A stretch of 64,000 bases of DNA from NCBI GenBank assembly GCA_015064385.1, contig SVSI01000006.1, positions 29,252-93,251 on the forward strand, in the 5' to 3' direction. The notes below the pieces were generated by a model, which did not search any database, was not told where the DNA came from, and was given only the letters and a program-made list of their open reading frames with translations. Of this stretch, positions 19,098-27,721 are shown piece after piece. The DNA is from Oscillospiraceae bacterium. Lineage in GTDB: Bacteria; Bacillota; Clostridia; Oscillospirales; CAG-272. Numbering within the stretch: position 1 is the first letter of the stretch; the number at the start of each line of letters is the position of its first letter. The position numbers were made by a program, and so were the translations under genes.

Positions 19098-20891
19098 TTA
19101 CTGTTTGCTTATTGCGCCGAACTTACAAGTGGACATACATACTCCGCACTTGACGCACTTGGAGGCGTCTATAACGTGGGGCTGCTTTACGGTACCCGAA
19201 ATTGCGTTTACGGGGCACTTTCTTGCACAAAGCGTACATCCCTTACACTTGTCTGCGTCGATCACGTACTGAAGAAGGTTCTTACATACGCCTGCAGGAC
19301 ACTTCTTATCTACAACGTGAGCAACGTACTCTTCTCTGAAATTGCGGAGAGTAGAAAGTACGGGGTTAGGAGCGGTCTGTCCGAGTCCGCAAAGGGATGC
19401 GGACTTGATGTAGTTTGCGAGCTCTTCGAGGCGGTCAAGGTCCTCAAGAGTGCCGTTTCCTGCGATGATCTTATCGAGGATCTCGAGCATTCTCTTGGTT
19501 CCTACGCGGCAAGGAGTACATTTTCCGCACGACTCGTCAACGGTGAAGTCGAGGAAGAAACGTGCGATGTCAACCATACAGTTGTCCTCGTCCATAACGA
19601 TAAGTCCGCCCGATCCCATCATAGAGCCGAGAGCGATAAGGTTATCGTAGTCGATAGGAGTGTCGAGGTTTTCTGCAGTAATACATCCGCCGGAAGGTCC
19701 TCCGGTCTGAGCTGCCTTGAATTTCTTTCCGCCGGGGATACCGCCGCCGATCTCTTCAACGACCTCGCGAAGAGTGGTTCCCATAGGAACCTCAACGAGT
19801 CCGGTATTGGTAATGTTTCCGCCGAGTGCGAAAACCTTGGTTCCCTTGGATTTCTCGGTTCCCATTGCGGTGAACCATTCTACACCGTTAAGGATGATCT
19901 GAGGAACGTTTGCATAGGTCTCAACGTTGTTAAGAACGGTGGGCTGTCCAAAAAGTCCCTTAACTGCGGGGAACGGGGGACGAGGTCTGGGCTCGCCGCG
20001 ATGTCCCTCGATAGAAGTCATAAGAGCGGTCTCTTCTCCGCAAACGAAAGCGCCTGCGCCGAAACGGATCTTAAGATCGAAGTTGAAGCCGGTACCGAAG
20101 ATGTTCTCTCCGAGGAGTCCGTACTCTTTTGCCTGCTTGATAGCGATCTCGAGACGGTGAATTGCGATCGGGTACTCTGCACGAACGTAAACGTATCCTT
20201 CGTCTGCGCCGATAGCGTAGCCGGCAATAGCCATTGCCTCGATAACTGCGTGGGGGTCACCCTCGAGTATCGAACGGTCCATGAACGCTCCGGGGTCACC
20301 CTCGTCTGCGTTACATGCAACGTATTTCTTGACGTTTCCTCTGTTGCCCGAAGCGAATTTCCACTTGAGTCCGGTAGGGAATCCGCCGCCGCCGCGTCCG
20401 CGGAGTCCGGAATCGAGGATAGTCTGAATAACGTCGTCGGGAGTCATCTCGGTAAGAACCTTACCAAGTGCTCTGTATCCGTCAACTGCTATGTATTCGT
20501 CAATATTTTCGGGGTTGATAACTCCGCAGTTACGGAGTGCAACTCTCTTCTGCTTCTTATAGAATGCGGTATCGCTGAGCGAGGTAGCAACGCTTGCATC
20601 CGCTTCCTTCTCGTGATATACGAGACGGGCAACGGGACGTCCCTTGAGGAAGTGCTCCTCAACGATCTCTGCAATGTCCTCTGCCTTTACGCTGTGATAG
20701 AAGGTACCTTCGGGGTAAACGATCATGATCGGGCCAAGAGCGCAAAGTCCGAAGCAACCGGTCTGAACGACCTTTATTTCATCTGCAAGTCCTTTTGCGG
20801 CGATCTCGGTATTGAGCGCTTCGATTACCTTTGCGCTTCCCGAAGAAGTACAACCTGTTCCACCGCAAACCAGTACATGTGAACGTATCAT
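19098..20891 (-). CDS. hydB: NuoF-like NAD(P)H-binding flavoprotein subunit of the hydrogenase (HydB)
   Basis: 597 aa with an N-terminal thioredoxin-like 2Fe-2S domain, a GRGGGGFPTG FMN/NADH site and a C-terminal 2x[4Fe-4S] ferredoxin domain. Confidence 0.9.
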   Translation of the reverse strand: MIRSHVLVCGGTGCTSSGSAKVIEALNTEIAAKGLADEIKVVQTGCFGLCALGPIMIVYPEGTFYHSVKAEDIAEIVEEHFLKGRPVARLVYHEKEADASVATSLSDTAFYKKQKRVALRNCGVINPENIDEYIAVDGYRALGKVLTEMTPDDVIQTILDSGLRGRGGGGFPTGLKWKFASGNRGNVKKYVACNADEGDPGAFMDRSILEGDPHAVIEAMAIAGYAIGADEGYVYVRAEYPIAIHRLEIAIKQAKEYGLLGENIFGTGFNFDLKIRFGAGAFVCGEETALMTSIEGHRGEPRPRPPFPAVKGLFGQPTVLNNVETYANVPQIILNGVEWFTAMGTEKSKGTKVFALGGNITNTGLVEVPMGTTLREVVEEIGGGIPGGKKFKAAQTGGPSGGCITAENLDTPIDYDNLIALGSMMGSGGLIVMDEDNCMVDIARFFLDFTVDESCGKCTPCRVGTKRMLEILDKIIAGNGTLEDLDRLEELANYIKSASLCGLGQTAPNPVLSTLRNFREEYVAHVVDKKCPAGVCKNLLQYVIDADKCKGCTLCARKCPVNAISGTVKQPHVIDASKCVKCGVCMSTCKFGAISKQ

Positions 20892-20919
20892 CTTTAGTTA
20901 ATTATCCTTTCTGTCTGAA

Positions 20920-21288
20920 TTACGCCTTAGCGCCGATAGTATATTCGGTAACTACTTTTCCGCCTATAAGGTGATCCTTGATTATCTTTTCCGCCTTTTC
21001 AGCGTCAACCTTTACGTAGGTGATCTTTTCCTTACCGCCCTCGTAAACCTCTACGATGGGCTCGTACTGACAAAGTCCTACGCAGCCGGTCTGCGAAACG
21101 GTAACCTTATCGGAAAGTCCTTCCTTTGCAACACCGTCAACGAATGCGTTGAGAACCGGTCTTGCGCCTGCCGCTATTCCGCAGGTAGCCATTCCTACGA
21201 CTACTCTCGTAGAAGCGGAACCCTCGCGTATAACGACCTTATCCTTCATTTTTTCTCTTATTGCTGCAAGTTCTTCGAGAGATATCAT
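20920..21288 (-). CDS. Thioredoxin-like (2Fe-2S) ferredoxin-domain protein
   Basis: ORF track extends to 21354. The ATG at 21288 has GGAGG 7 nt upstream (MISLEELAAIREK). Cys pattern: ATCGIAAGA ... GCVGLCQYEP. Confidence 0.7.
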   Translation of the reverse strand: MISLEELAAIREKMKDKVVIREGSASTRVVVGMATCGIAAGARPVLNAFVDGVAKEGLSDKVTVSQTGCVGLCQYEPIVEVYEGGKEKITYVKVDAEKAEKIIKDHLIGGKVVTEYTIGAKA

Positions 21289-21311
21289 TTCTGTTCCTCC
21301 GTATTTATACT

Positions 21312-21854
21312 TTAATTTTTTTCGTACTGTGAATGTAGGTATTTCCGTATCCACTCTATGACCTCGTACTCTGCAAGTGAAACGTCACCGAGCACGGCTC
21401 TTAGCTCTTTGGTGTCGAGCGTAACACGTCTTTCGGGTGTTTCGTCGAGAAAAACGAAATCTATATCGGGATTTCCGGAAATCAAAACGCATATACTCGA
21501 CACGATGTCTCCGACGGGCGAAAAATCAATATGGCGGGTATCAAAGGTAGCGGTCACTACCGTCCCGTGATCCTTTTCATCCTTCGAAGATCTTACCGTG
21601 AGAGCGCCTCCCGTCTGCTCTGCGGCAAGACGGAGAAGGGGCAGTCCCATTCCCACCTTTCTCGTTTTGCGGGTGGTGTAGAAGGGATCGGAAACTCTTT
21701 TCAGCGTTTCTGAGTCCATTCCGCAGCCGTTATCCGCGATCGTAAGGGTGAGTATTCCCTGCGCGTCGGTAACGAGTGAGATATTTATCTCGGTCGCTTT
21801 CGCGGCAGTGGAATTTTTGGCAATATCGAGTACGTTAAGCGAAAGCTCTTTCAT
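21312..21854 (-). CDS. Histidine-kinase-like ATPase (HATPase_c) domain protein
   Basis: 180 aa. LNVLDIAKNS (N-box-like) and DNGCGMD..GMGLPLL (G-boxes) are present. There is no sensor or DHp region. Confidence 0.7.
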   Translation of the reverse strand: MKELSLNVLDIAKNSTAAKATEINISLVTDAQGILTLTIADNGCGMDSETLKRVSDPFYTTRKTRKVGMGLPLLRLAAEQTGGALTVRSSKDEKDHGTVVTATFDTRHIDFSPVGDIVSSICVLISGNPDIDFVFLDETPERRVTLDTKELRAVLGDVSLAEYEVIEWIRKYLHSQYEKN

Positions 21855-21869
21855 TGCGCTTTGACAAAA

Positions 21870-22364
21870 TTACATATACTTTTCGAGAATGCCTGGCATA
21901 TCTGCGGGGACAAGACGTCCGTAAACCTCGTTATTGATGGTAAGAACGGGTGCAAGTCCGCAAGCACCGATGCAACGGGTTGCTTCTACAGAATACTTAC
22001 CGTCGGGAGAGGTGGATCCCGCCTCAACACCGATTATCTCGGTGATCTTCTCTACGAGCTTTGCGCTTCCCTTTACGTAGCAAGCCGTACCGAGGCAGAC
22101 CGCGATAGCAACTTCACCCTTGGGATTAAGAGCAAACTGCGAATAGAAGGTAGCAACGCCGTAAACCTCTTCGTAAGAAACGTCGAGACCCTTGGCAATG
22201 ATCTTCTGAACCTCGATGGGCAGGTAGCCGTATATCTCCTGCGCTTCCTGAAGCACGGGCATCAGTGCGCCTGGAACGTCGCGATTCTTCTCGATTGCCG
22301 CAAGAAGCTGCTTTTCCTGCTCGGGGGTTCCCTGAAACTTAACTGTTGTTGTTGGTTTTTTCAT
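21870..22364 (-). CDS. hydC: NuoE-like 2Fe-2S subunit of the hydrogenase (HydC)
   Basis: 164 aa with CLGTACYVKG ... CIGACGLAP, the typical NuoE/HydC cysteine pattern. Confidence 0.85.
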   Translation of the reverse strand: MKKPTTTVKFQGTPEQEKQLLAAIEKNRDVPGALMPVLQEAQEIYGYLPIEVQKIIAKGLDVSYEEVYGVATFYSQFALNPKGEVAIAVCLGTACYVKGSAKLVEKITEIIGVEAGSTSPDGKYSVEATRCIGACGLAPVLTINNEVYGRLVPADMPGILEKYM

Positions 22365-22406
22365 TTTGGAAAACTCCTTCTGAACTTAATTAAAATCACA
22401 AGTATC

Positions 22407-22435
22407 ATTATACAACTTTCACTTTGATTTTTCAA
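22407..22435 (-). promoter_or_regulatory. Candidate sigma-A promoter for hydC-(HATPase)-(Fdx)-hydB-hydA
   Basis: On the minus strand: TTGAAA (22435-22430), 17 nt, TATAAT (22412-22407), about 40 nt upstream of the hydC start. Confidence 0.5.
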
Positions 22436-22473
22436 TAGGTTTTTATCAAAAAAACGCAAAGTTTGTTATTTTT

Positions 22474-23202
22474 TTAACTTTTTGATATATATGCAAATAT
22501 TTTTTCTCTTATTTTGTTAATTTCGGTAATATTTTCGGGTATTTCAAGTGCGTTTTCTGCCTCGGATATGTCTCCGAGCGTGTGCGCGTCCGACGAGACG
22601 AGCACTTTTTTGCCATTTATACTTGGATACGACGAAAAGTAAGCGTCCAGGTTTTTGATCTCGCGAAATTCAACGCAGTCAAAGCCGTACTCGCTCGGCA
22701 CGTCTCCGAGCATAGTTATGATCCCGTTTGCTTCCCTGTCGATATGCGCGGGATAGACCGCCGCACCGAACGAGCGCGCAAGAGAGACCGCGTCCCCCAT
22801 CCAGAGGTCGGTCGCGGCAATAAGCAGCTTATCAAACTCGCCCGCCACGCTATCGTTTTCATCCATTATTATTTGACTTCCGAATCTTTCGGGACGGTTG
22901 TCTATTTTCGCTCTGTGCTTATCAAGCTCTTTATCAAACATAAGTGCCGCTTCAAGAGTCGGAAAAAGGCAGACGAGGTGCACGTCCTCCGACGTGGAGA
23001 GCTCAACTCCCGCTATCGGAACTATACCGAACCTTTCGCACGCCGCAAAAAAAGCAGGACAGTTTTTGCAGGTATTATGATCGGTAAGCGCCATAGCACC
23101 AAGACCTTTTATGTATCCCATTCCCGCTATGTTATGCGGCGTCATATCGTCATCTGCACACGGTGACAGACACGAATGTATATGAAAATCGTAATAGATC
23201 AT
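22474..23202 (-). CDS. PHP (polymerase/histidinol phosphatase) domain protein
   Basis: ORF track extends to 23241, but that extension translates a repeat element. The ATG at 23202 gives MIYYDFHIHSCLSPCADDD, a typical PHP N-terminus. Confidence 0.75.
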   Translation of the reverse strand: MIYYDFHIHSCLSPCADDDMTPHNIAGMGYIKGLGAMALTDHNTCKNCPAFFAACERFGIVPIAGVELSTSEDVHLVCLFPTLEAALMFDKELDKHRAKIDNRPERFGSQIIMDENDSVAGEFDKLLIAATDLWMGDAVSLARSFGAAVYPAHIDREANGIITMLGDVPSEYGFDCVEFREIKNLDAYFSSYPSINGKKVLVSSDAHTLGDISEAENALEIPENITEINKIREKIFAYISKS

Positions 23203-23210
23203 TTTTTCTT

Positions 23211-23261
23211 TGGGAAACCTTTTTGAAAAAAGGTTTCCCAAGCCCTTCCAAAAACTTTACT
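23211..23261. repeat. Intergenic hairpin-plus-tail repeat element, copy 1
   Basis: 30-nt palindrome TGGGAAACCTTTTTGAAAAAAGGTTTCCCA followed by TCCAAAAACTTTACT. The same tail and an analogous hairpin recur at 32074-32121. Confidence 0.6.
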
Positions 23262-23269
23262 AAAAAGGA

Positions 23270-23596
23270 CTACATAACCTTTGATATTTCCGAGCAAAGC
23301 GCATAGACCGTCTTTTCGCTCGTGTAGATATTTATTCCTTTTTCTCTCGCCCTGTCGATGACCTCGCCGTCTATCTCCGCCTTTTCGGCGATAATTATAC
23401 AACTGACGTCGGTCAGGCAAGCAACGGCAACGATATTTACGTTAGTCATTATCGTCACCCAGACGTTGTCCGCCTCGGCACGTCCCATTACCCAGCTGAG
23501 CAGATCTCCCGCATAGCAGCCGTTTACATCTCTTTGCGTGTCGCTCTCGACCAGTGCCTTAAGCGAAAGCTTTTCTGAAAGTTCCTTTACCGTCAT
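23270..23596 (-). CDS. DRTGG domain protein
   Basis: 108 aa. The pattern GDLLSWVM...VWVTIMTNVNIVAVA resembles DRTGG-domain proteins found in hydrogenase regulatory clusters. Confidence 0.65.
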   Translation of the reverse strand: MTVKELSEKLSLKALVESDTQRDVNGCYAGDLLSWVMGRAEADNVWVTIMTNVNIVAVACLTDVSCIIIAEKAEIDGEVIDRAREKGINIYTSEKTVYALCSEISKVM

Positions 23597-23613
23597 ATAT
23601 CCTTCGTCCTTTT

Positions 23614-24966
23614 TCAGTTTTCTTTATCGGGAGCAGTCTCGCCGAGCGTATCCGAAAATCCGAGCTCGTCGGGATCTATTTCGCTGTGCTTACGGCAGAA
23701 TTGTGCAAGACGGTTTTTCATTACTATAACGCAGTTTTCCATTCTTGCACTGCCCTTGACTATATCCTCCGCAAGTGCGCGGCAGGAGGGTGCTCCACAC
23801 GATCCGCAGTCTATCTGCGGCAGAGACGACCATATAGCTTCTATATCGCGCATCTTTTGCATCGCTTCTTTTCTGTCGCTTGCAAGACCGCCCGCGTGCT
23901 CGTACGCTATCTCTTCTTCCCAGTCGTATTTCTCACTTCCGAGCTTATCTCGGTTCATAGAGACGGGCAGATAACGTCTGAGCGTCTGGAGACGCGCTTT
24001 TGCGATATACGGATTTTCAATGTTAAGTACTCCGCCGACACAGCCGCCGCTACACGCGTTGAGCTCCACGAAATCAACGTTTCGTATGTTTCCGTTATCT
24101 ATTTCGTCAAGAACCTTGATCACGTTTTCAATTCCGTCCGCAGCAAGATATTTGTCATTGAAGAGTGCCTTTGCCTCTCCGCCCGTGCTTGCCCAGCTTA
24201 CACCGATAATTCCCGATTTTGAATTTACGTACGGCTCCTTTATAGCGTTTATCTTGGAACGGAGCTTGAAATAGAGGTCGCTTATCGAAAGAGCGCCGTC
24301 AACTGCGCTTTTGCCTATTCCGAGCGGACTTCTTACGTAGCTTATCTTTGCGGGACAGGGCGAAATAAAGAGAACGCATATATCCTCATCCGAAAGCTCA
24401 GGATGCTTTTCAAGCGCTTCTTTTCTTGCGAGCCGAGCCGCTATTTCTATCGGAGCGAGCACGGGAAGCACCTGATCGCGAAGAAGAGGATATCTTATTG
24501 CTATAAGCCGCGCTATTACGGGGCATGCGGACGATATTACCGGTCTTGGGAAATCGGTATTTTCCTCAAGAAATCTTCTCGTATAGTCGGACGCTATCTC
24601 CGCTGCTCTTGCGACCTCAAAAACCTCGTCAAAGCCGTACTCTATAAGCGCGGTTAAAAGATAATCCATATCGGTAAGCTCTTCAAACTGACCGTAGAGT
24701 GCGGGTGCGGGAAGCGCTATTTTGTATTTATAATCGGCAAAATCGTCAAACTTATCGTAGGTCGCTTTTTTTGCCTTATACGGACAGGTCCTTATACATT
24801 CTCCGCAGTCGATACAAAGCTTATTTTCTATCTGCGCGTGTCCGTTTCGGACTCTTATTGCCTCCGTGGGGCATCTTTTTATACAGTTAGTACACCCCTT
24901 ACACTTGTCTATATCAAGCATTACCGAGTGTCTTACATTTTCGTTTCTGTATTCGGTTTCCTTCAT
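23614..24966 (-). CDS. [FeFe]-hydrogenase-like protein, putative sensory type (HydS-like, no PAS domain)
   Basis: ORF track extends to 25005 (TTG). The ATG at 24966 has AAAGGAG upstream. It has an N-terminal 2x[4Fe-4S], degenerate H-cluster motifs SSACPV / SPCPAK / ELNACSGGCVGG, and a C-terminal CGSCGAPSC Fe-S motif. Confidence 0.8.
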   Translation of the reverse strand: MKETEYRNENVRHSVMLDIDKCKGCTNCIKRCPTEAIRVRNGHAQIENKLCIDCGECIRTCPYKAKKATYDKFDDFADYKYKIALPAPALYGQFEELTDMDYLLTALIEYGFDEVFEVARAAEIASDYTRRFLEENTDFPRPVISSACPVIARLIAIRYPLLRDQVLPVLAPIEIAARLARKEALEKHPELSDEDICVLFISPCPAKISYVRSPLGIGKSAVDGALSISDLYFKLRSKINAIKEPYVNSKSGIIGVSWASTGGEAKALFNDKYLAADGIENVIKVLDEIDNGNIRNVDFVELNACSGGCVGGVLNIENPYIAKARLQTLRRYLPVSMNRDKLGSEKYDWEEEIAYEHAGGLASDRKEAMQKMRDIEAIWSSLPQIDCGSCGAPSCRALAEDIVKGSARMENCVIVMKNRLAQFCRKHSEIDPDELGFSDTLGETAPDKEN

Positions 24967-25001
24967 TTCTTGCTCCTTTCGTGAGCTTTTCAAAATGGGG
25001 A

Positions 25002-25423
25002 TCAAACGTAAACGGTCATAGTAACGGTCGTTCCCTTTCCGATGACAGTATCTATGTGCATCTCATCGGTATATTTTCTCATATTCGGAAGTCCCATACC
25101 TGCTCCAAATCCGAGCGAACGGATATTTTCGGGCGCCGTTGAATATCCCGCCTGCATAGCAAGATCTATATCGGGAATACCGGGGCCCTCATCCGCAAGG
25201 ACTATAACTATCTTGTCCTCGTATATATCAACGGTCGCCTTCCGCCGTTTGCGTGTATGACCATATTTATCTCGCCCTCGTACATAGAGACCGAGACCTT
25301 TCTTATTATCTCGGGATCAAATCCCATCTGCCTTAGCGAGCGCTTGACCATAGTCGATGCCTCGCCCGCAGACGTGAAATTCTCTCCGTCTATATCGTAG
25401 CTGAGCCGAACGAAGTCACACAT
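25002..25423 (-). pseudogene. Anti-sigma-factor-like Ser/Thr kinase (HATPase) gene with a 1-nt frameshift
   Basis: The frame of ORF 25208-25423 ends ...INMVIHANGGRRPLIYTRTR*. Shifting one nt at about 25240 restores KATVDIYEDKIVIVLADEGPGIPDIDLAMQAGYSTAPENIRSLGFGAGMGLPNMRKYTDEMHIDTVIGKGTTVTMTVYV*. Total length is 422 nt, which is not a multiple of 3. Confidence 0.75.
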
Positions 25424-25772
25424 TTGCTACACTTCCTCCCGAAAGACCGCGCGCATAAAGCTTTCCGCACGCGCCGTACATTCTTTCAGTCGTTGCAAGC
25501 AGAGTGATCCCCTCCTCGCGCGCCATTTCGATAACCTCTGCGGGAGGTATCTTTCCTCTTACGAAAATAATACATATCATATCCATCATCTGTACGGTAC
25601 GTACTACCTGCGGATTACACAGACCGGTGAGAAGCACGCCCTGCTCTTTTACGAATGCAAGCACGTCACTCATCATATCGCACGCGAACGCAGATTTTAC
25701 GTCTCTATCCATCAGATCCTCTCCGCAAAGTACCTTGGCATCAAGAAGTTCTGCCATTTCCCTTATTTTCAT
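25416..25772 (-). CDS. DRTGG domain protein
   Basis: ORF track extends to 25790. The ATG at 25772 has GGAGG upstream (MKIREMAELLDAKVL). The sequence DMMSDVLAF...LLTGL is typical of the DRTGG family. Confidence 0.7.
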   Translation of the reverse strand: MKIREMAELLDAKVLCGEDLMDRDVKSAFACDMMSDVLAFVKEQGVLLTGLCNPQVVRTVQMMDMICIIFVRGKIPPAEVIEMAREEGITLLATTERMYGACGKLYARGLSGGSVANV

Positions 25773-25966
25773 ATTTACCTCCGAGGTCATCTCTGTGACC
25801 GTTTTTTAATTTCGGCACTACCGTTTGTGTACATTATATAACAAAAATCAAAAAATGTCTATACTTTTTTCCTCTTTGTTAAATTTTTCTTTAATACTTG
25901 AAAAATATTTTTTTAGTGATATACTATAGGAGTAGTCTATTAACGTAATTTGAAAGGAAATATAAA

Positions 25967-26827
25967 ATGGCAGACAATGAAAACATGACTGCTCCCGAGG
26001 GTTGCACACACGACTGTTCGACCTGCGGAGCCAACTGCCCTTCAAAAAAAGACCCCGCAAGTCTTATCGAAGCGCAGAATCAACTCAGTAACGTAAAAAA
26101 AGTTATCGCGGTAGTAAGCGGTAAGGGAGGCGTCGGAAAATCTCTGGTCTCCTCTATGCTCGCGGTAATGAGTGCAAGACGCGGAAACGCCACCGCTATA
26201 CTCGACGCGGATATCACCGGCCCTTCCATTCCGAAGATCTTCGGTGTAAAGGGCGAGGTCTCGGGATGTGAGTACGGAATGTTCCCTCTTCAGTCCAAGA
26301 CCGGTATAAGAGTAATGAGCATAAACCTTCTTCTCGACAGCGAGACATCTCCCGTAGTATGGAGAGGTCCCGTTATCGCAGGAACCGTAAAGCAGTTCTG
26401 GACCGACGTTTGCTGGGGCGACGTTGACTATATGTACGTTGATATGCCTCCGGGAACGGGCGACGTTCCGCTCACCGTATTCCAGTCTCTTCCCGTGGCG
26501 GGCATCGTTATCGTCGCTTCTCCTCAGGAGCTCGTTTCGATGATCGTTGCAAAGGCGGTCGAGATGGCAGAGATGATGAACATTCCGATCATCGGACTTA
26601 TTGAAAATATGAGCTATATGGAATGCCCCGACTGCAAAAAGAAGCTCTATCCCTTCGGAGAGAGTCACATCGACGCAGTAGCGGAGAAGTACGGTCTTCC
26701 CGTGCTTGCAAAGATACCGATCGACCACCGTCTCGCTGCTCTCTGCGATAAGGGTGCGCTCGAGCTGATGGAAAACTATTATCTCGAAAAAGCTTCGGAA
26801 GCAATCGAGAATTTCTGCGAGAAATAA
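25967..26827 (+). CDS. Mrp/NBP35-family Fe-S cluster carrier ATPase
   Basis: 286 aa with the deviant Walker A VVSGKGGVGKS and an N-terminal Cys-rich stretch CTHDCSTCGANC. Confidence 0.85.
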   Translation: MADNENMTAPEGCTHDCSTCGANCPSKKDPASLIEAQNQLSNVKKVIAVVSGKGGVGKSLVSSMLAVMSARRGNATAILDADITGPSIPKIFGVKGEVSGCEYGMFPLQSKTGIRVMSINLLLDSETSPVVWRGPVIAGTVKQFWTDVCWGDVDYMYVDMPPGTGDVPLTVFQSLPVAGIVIVASPQELVSMIVAKAVEMAEMMNIPIIGLIENMSYMECPDCKKKLYPFGESHIDAVAEKYGLPVLAKIPIDHRLAALCDKGALELMENYYLEKASEAIENFCEK

Positions 26828-26841
26828 TACGAGGTGATCTT

Positions 26842-27699
26842 ATGAAAGCGGGAGTAAGTCTTTATAGCTTTCACGGATATAAAAACAGCGACTTGCTTGG
26901 CACAAAGGGTTGTATCGAAAAGGCGAAAGAGCTTGGATTTTCCGGTCTTGATTTTATAGAGTTCGGAAACTTTTCCTCGCGCGCCGAGTATATCTCCTAT
27001 GCCTCCGATATAGGAAGCTTTTGTAAGGATATCGGCATGGAAGCGGTTTGTTTTTGCGTAGGCGCGGACTTTATAAATAACAGTGCCAAGGAAGAAACCG
27101 ATCGCGTTAAATTCCTCGCAGAGGTTGCCGCAAATCTTGGCTGTATCTATATGCGTCACGATGCGACGAGAGGCCCAAAAAACGGTGACAGATCGGACGA
27201 AAGCTTTGAAAACGTCCTTCCTGCGCTCGCCGAAGCGTATGCCGAGGTGACCCGATATGCAAAAGAGCTCGGAGTGAAGACCTGTATAGAAAATCACGGA
27301 TTTTTCGTACAGGAAGCAAAGCGAGTCAAAAGCATAATCGATGCGGTAGGTGACGATAATTTCGGCGCTCTTATCGACATCGGAAACTTTATGTGTGCCG
27401 ACAAGGAACCAACCGAAGAGATGAAGATTCTTACACCGCACGTCTTTCACGCTCACGCGAAGGACTTTCATTTCCGTGACGGCACGCTCGGAGCTCCCGA
27501 AAAGGGATATTTCAAAACTCTTGCAGGAAATTATCTGTGCGGAGCGATTCTCGGACAGGGATGCGTTGACGTTGAGAAATGCACAAACATTCTCAAGGAA
27601 AGCGGATACGACGGGTATATCACCCTTGAATTTGAGGGTATGGAGGATCCGCTTTTAGCCATAGAGATGGGCAAAAACGATCTATCCAAATATATATGA
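26842..27699 (+). CDS. Sugar phosphate isomerase/epimerase (xylose-isomerase-like TIM barrel)
   Basis: 285 aa with the IENHG motif and typical AP-endonuclease-2/TIM family layout. Confidence 0.7.
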   Translation: MKAGVSLYSFHGYKNSDLLGTKGCIEKAKELGFSGLDFIEFGNFSSRAEYISYASDIGSFCKDIGMEAVCFCVGADFINNSAKEETDRVKFLAEVAANLGCIYMRHDATRGPKNGDRSDESFENVLPALAEAYAEVTRYAKELGVKTCIENHGFFVQEAKRVKSIIDAVGDDNFGALIDIGNFMCADKEPTEEMKILTPHVFHAHAKDFHFRDGTLGAPEKGYFKTLAGNYLCGAILGQGCVDVEKCTNILKESGYDGYITLEFEGMEDPLLAIEMGKNDLSKYI

Positions 27700-27721
27700 A
27701 AACAAAAAGGAGTTGCAAGCG

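Noticed and set aside
17362-20882. Very long plus-strand ORFs (17362-19272, 636 aa; 19176-20882, 568 aa) opposite hydA and hydB.
   Set aside because: These are shadow ORFs antisense to strongly recognisable genes. Their translations are low-complexity (Leu/Val/Ser/Gly-rich) with no motifs and no SD. The minus-strand products carry all the hydrogenase and NuoF motifs.
23199-23420. 73-aa ORF, and the N-terminal extensions of ORFs 22474-23241 and 31494-32174, which read GFPKKK / FFQKGF-like peptides.
   Set aside because: These stretches are translations of the palindromic hairpin-tail repeat element. Downstream ATGs give canonical family N-termini; the response-regulator ATG also has an SD, while the PHP gene's ATG lacks a clear one.
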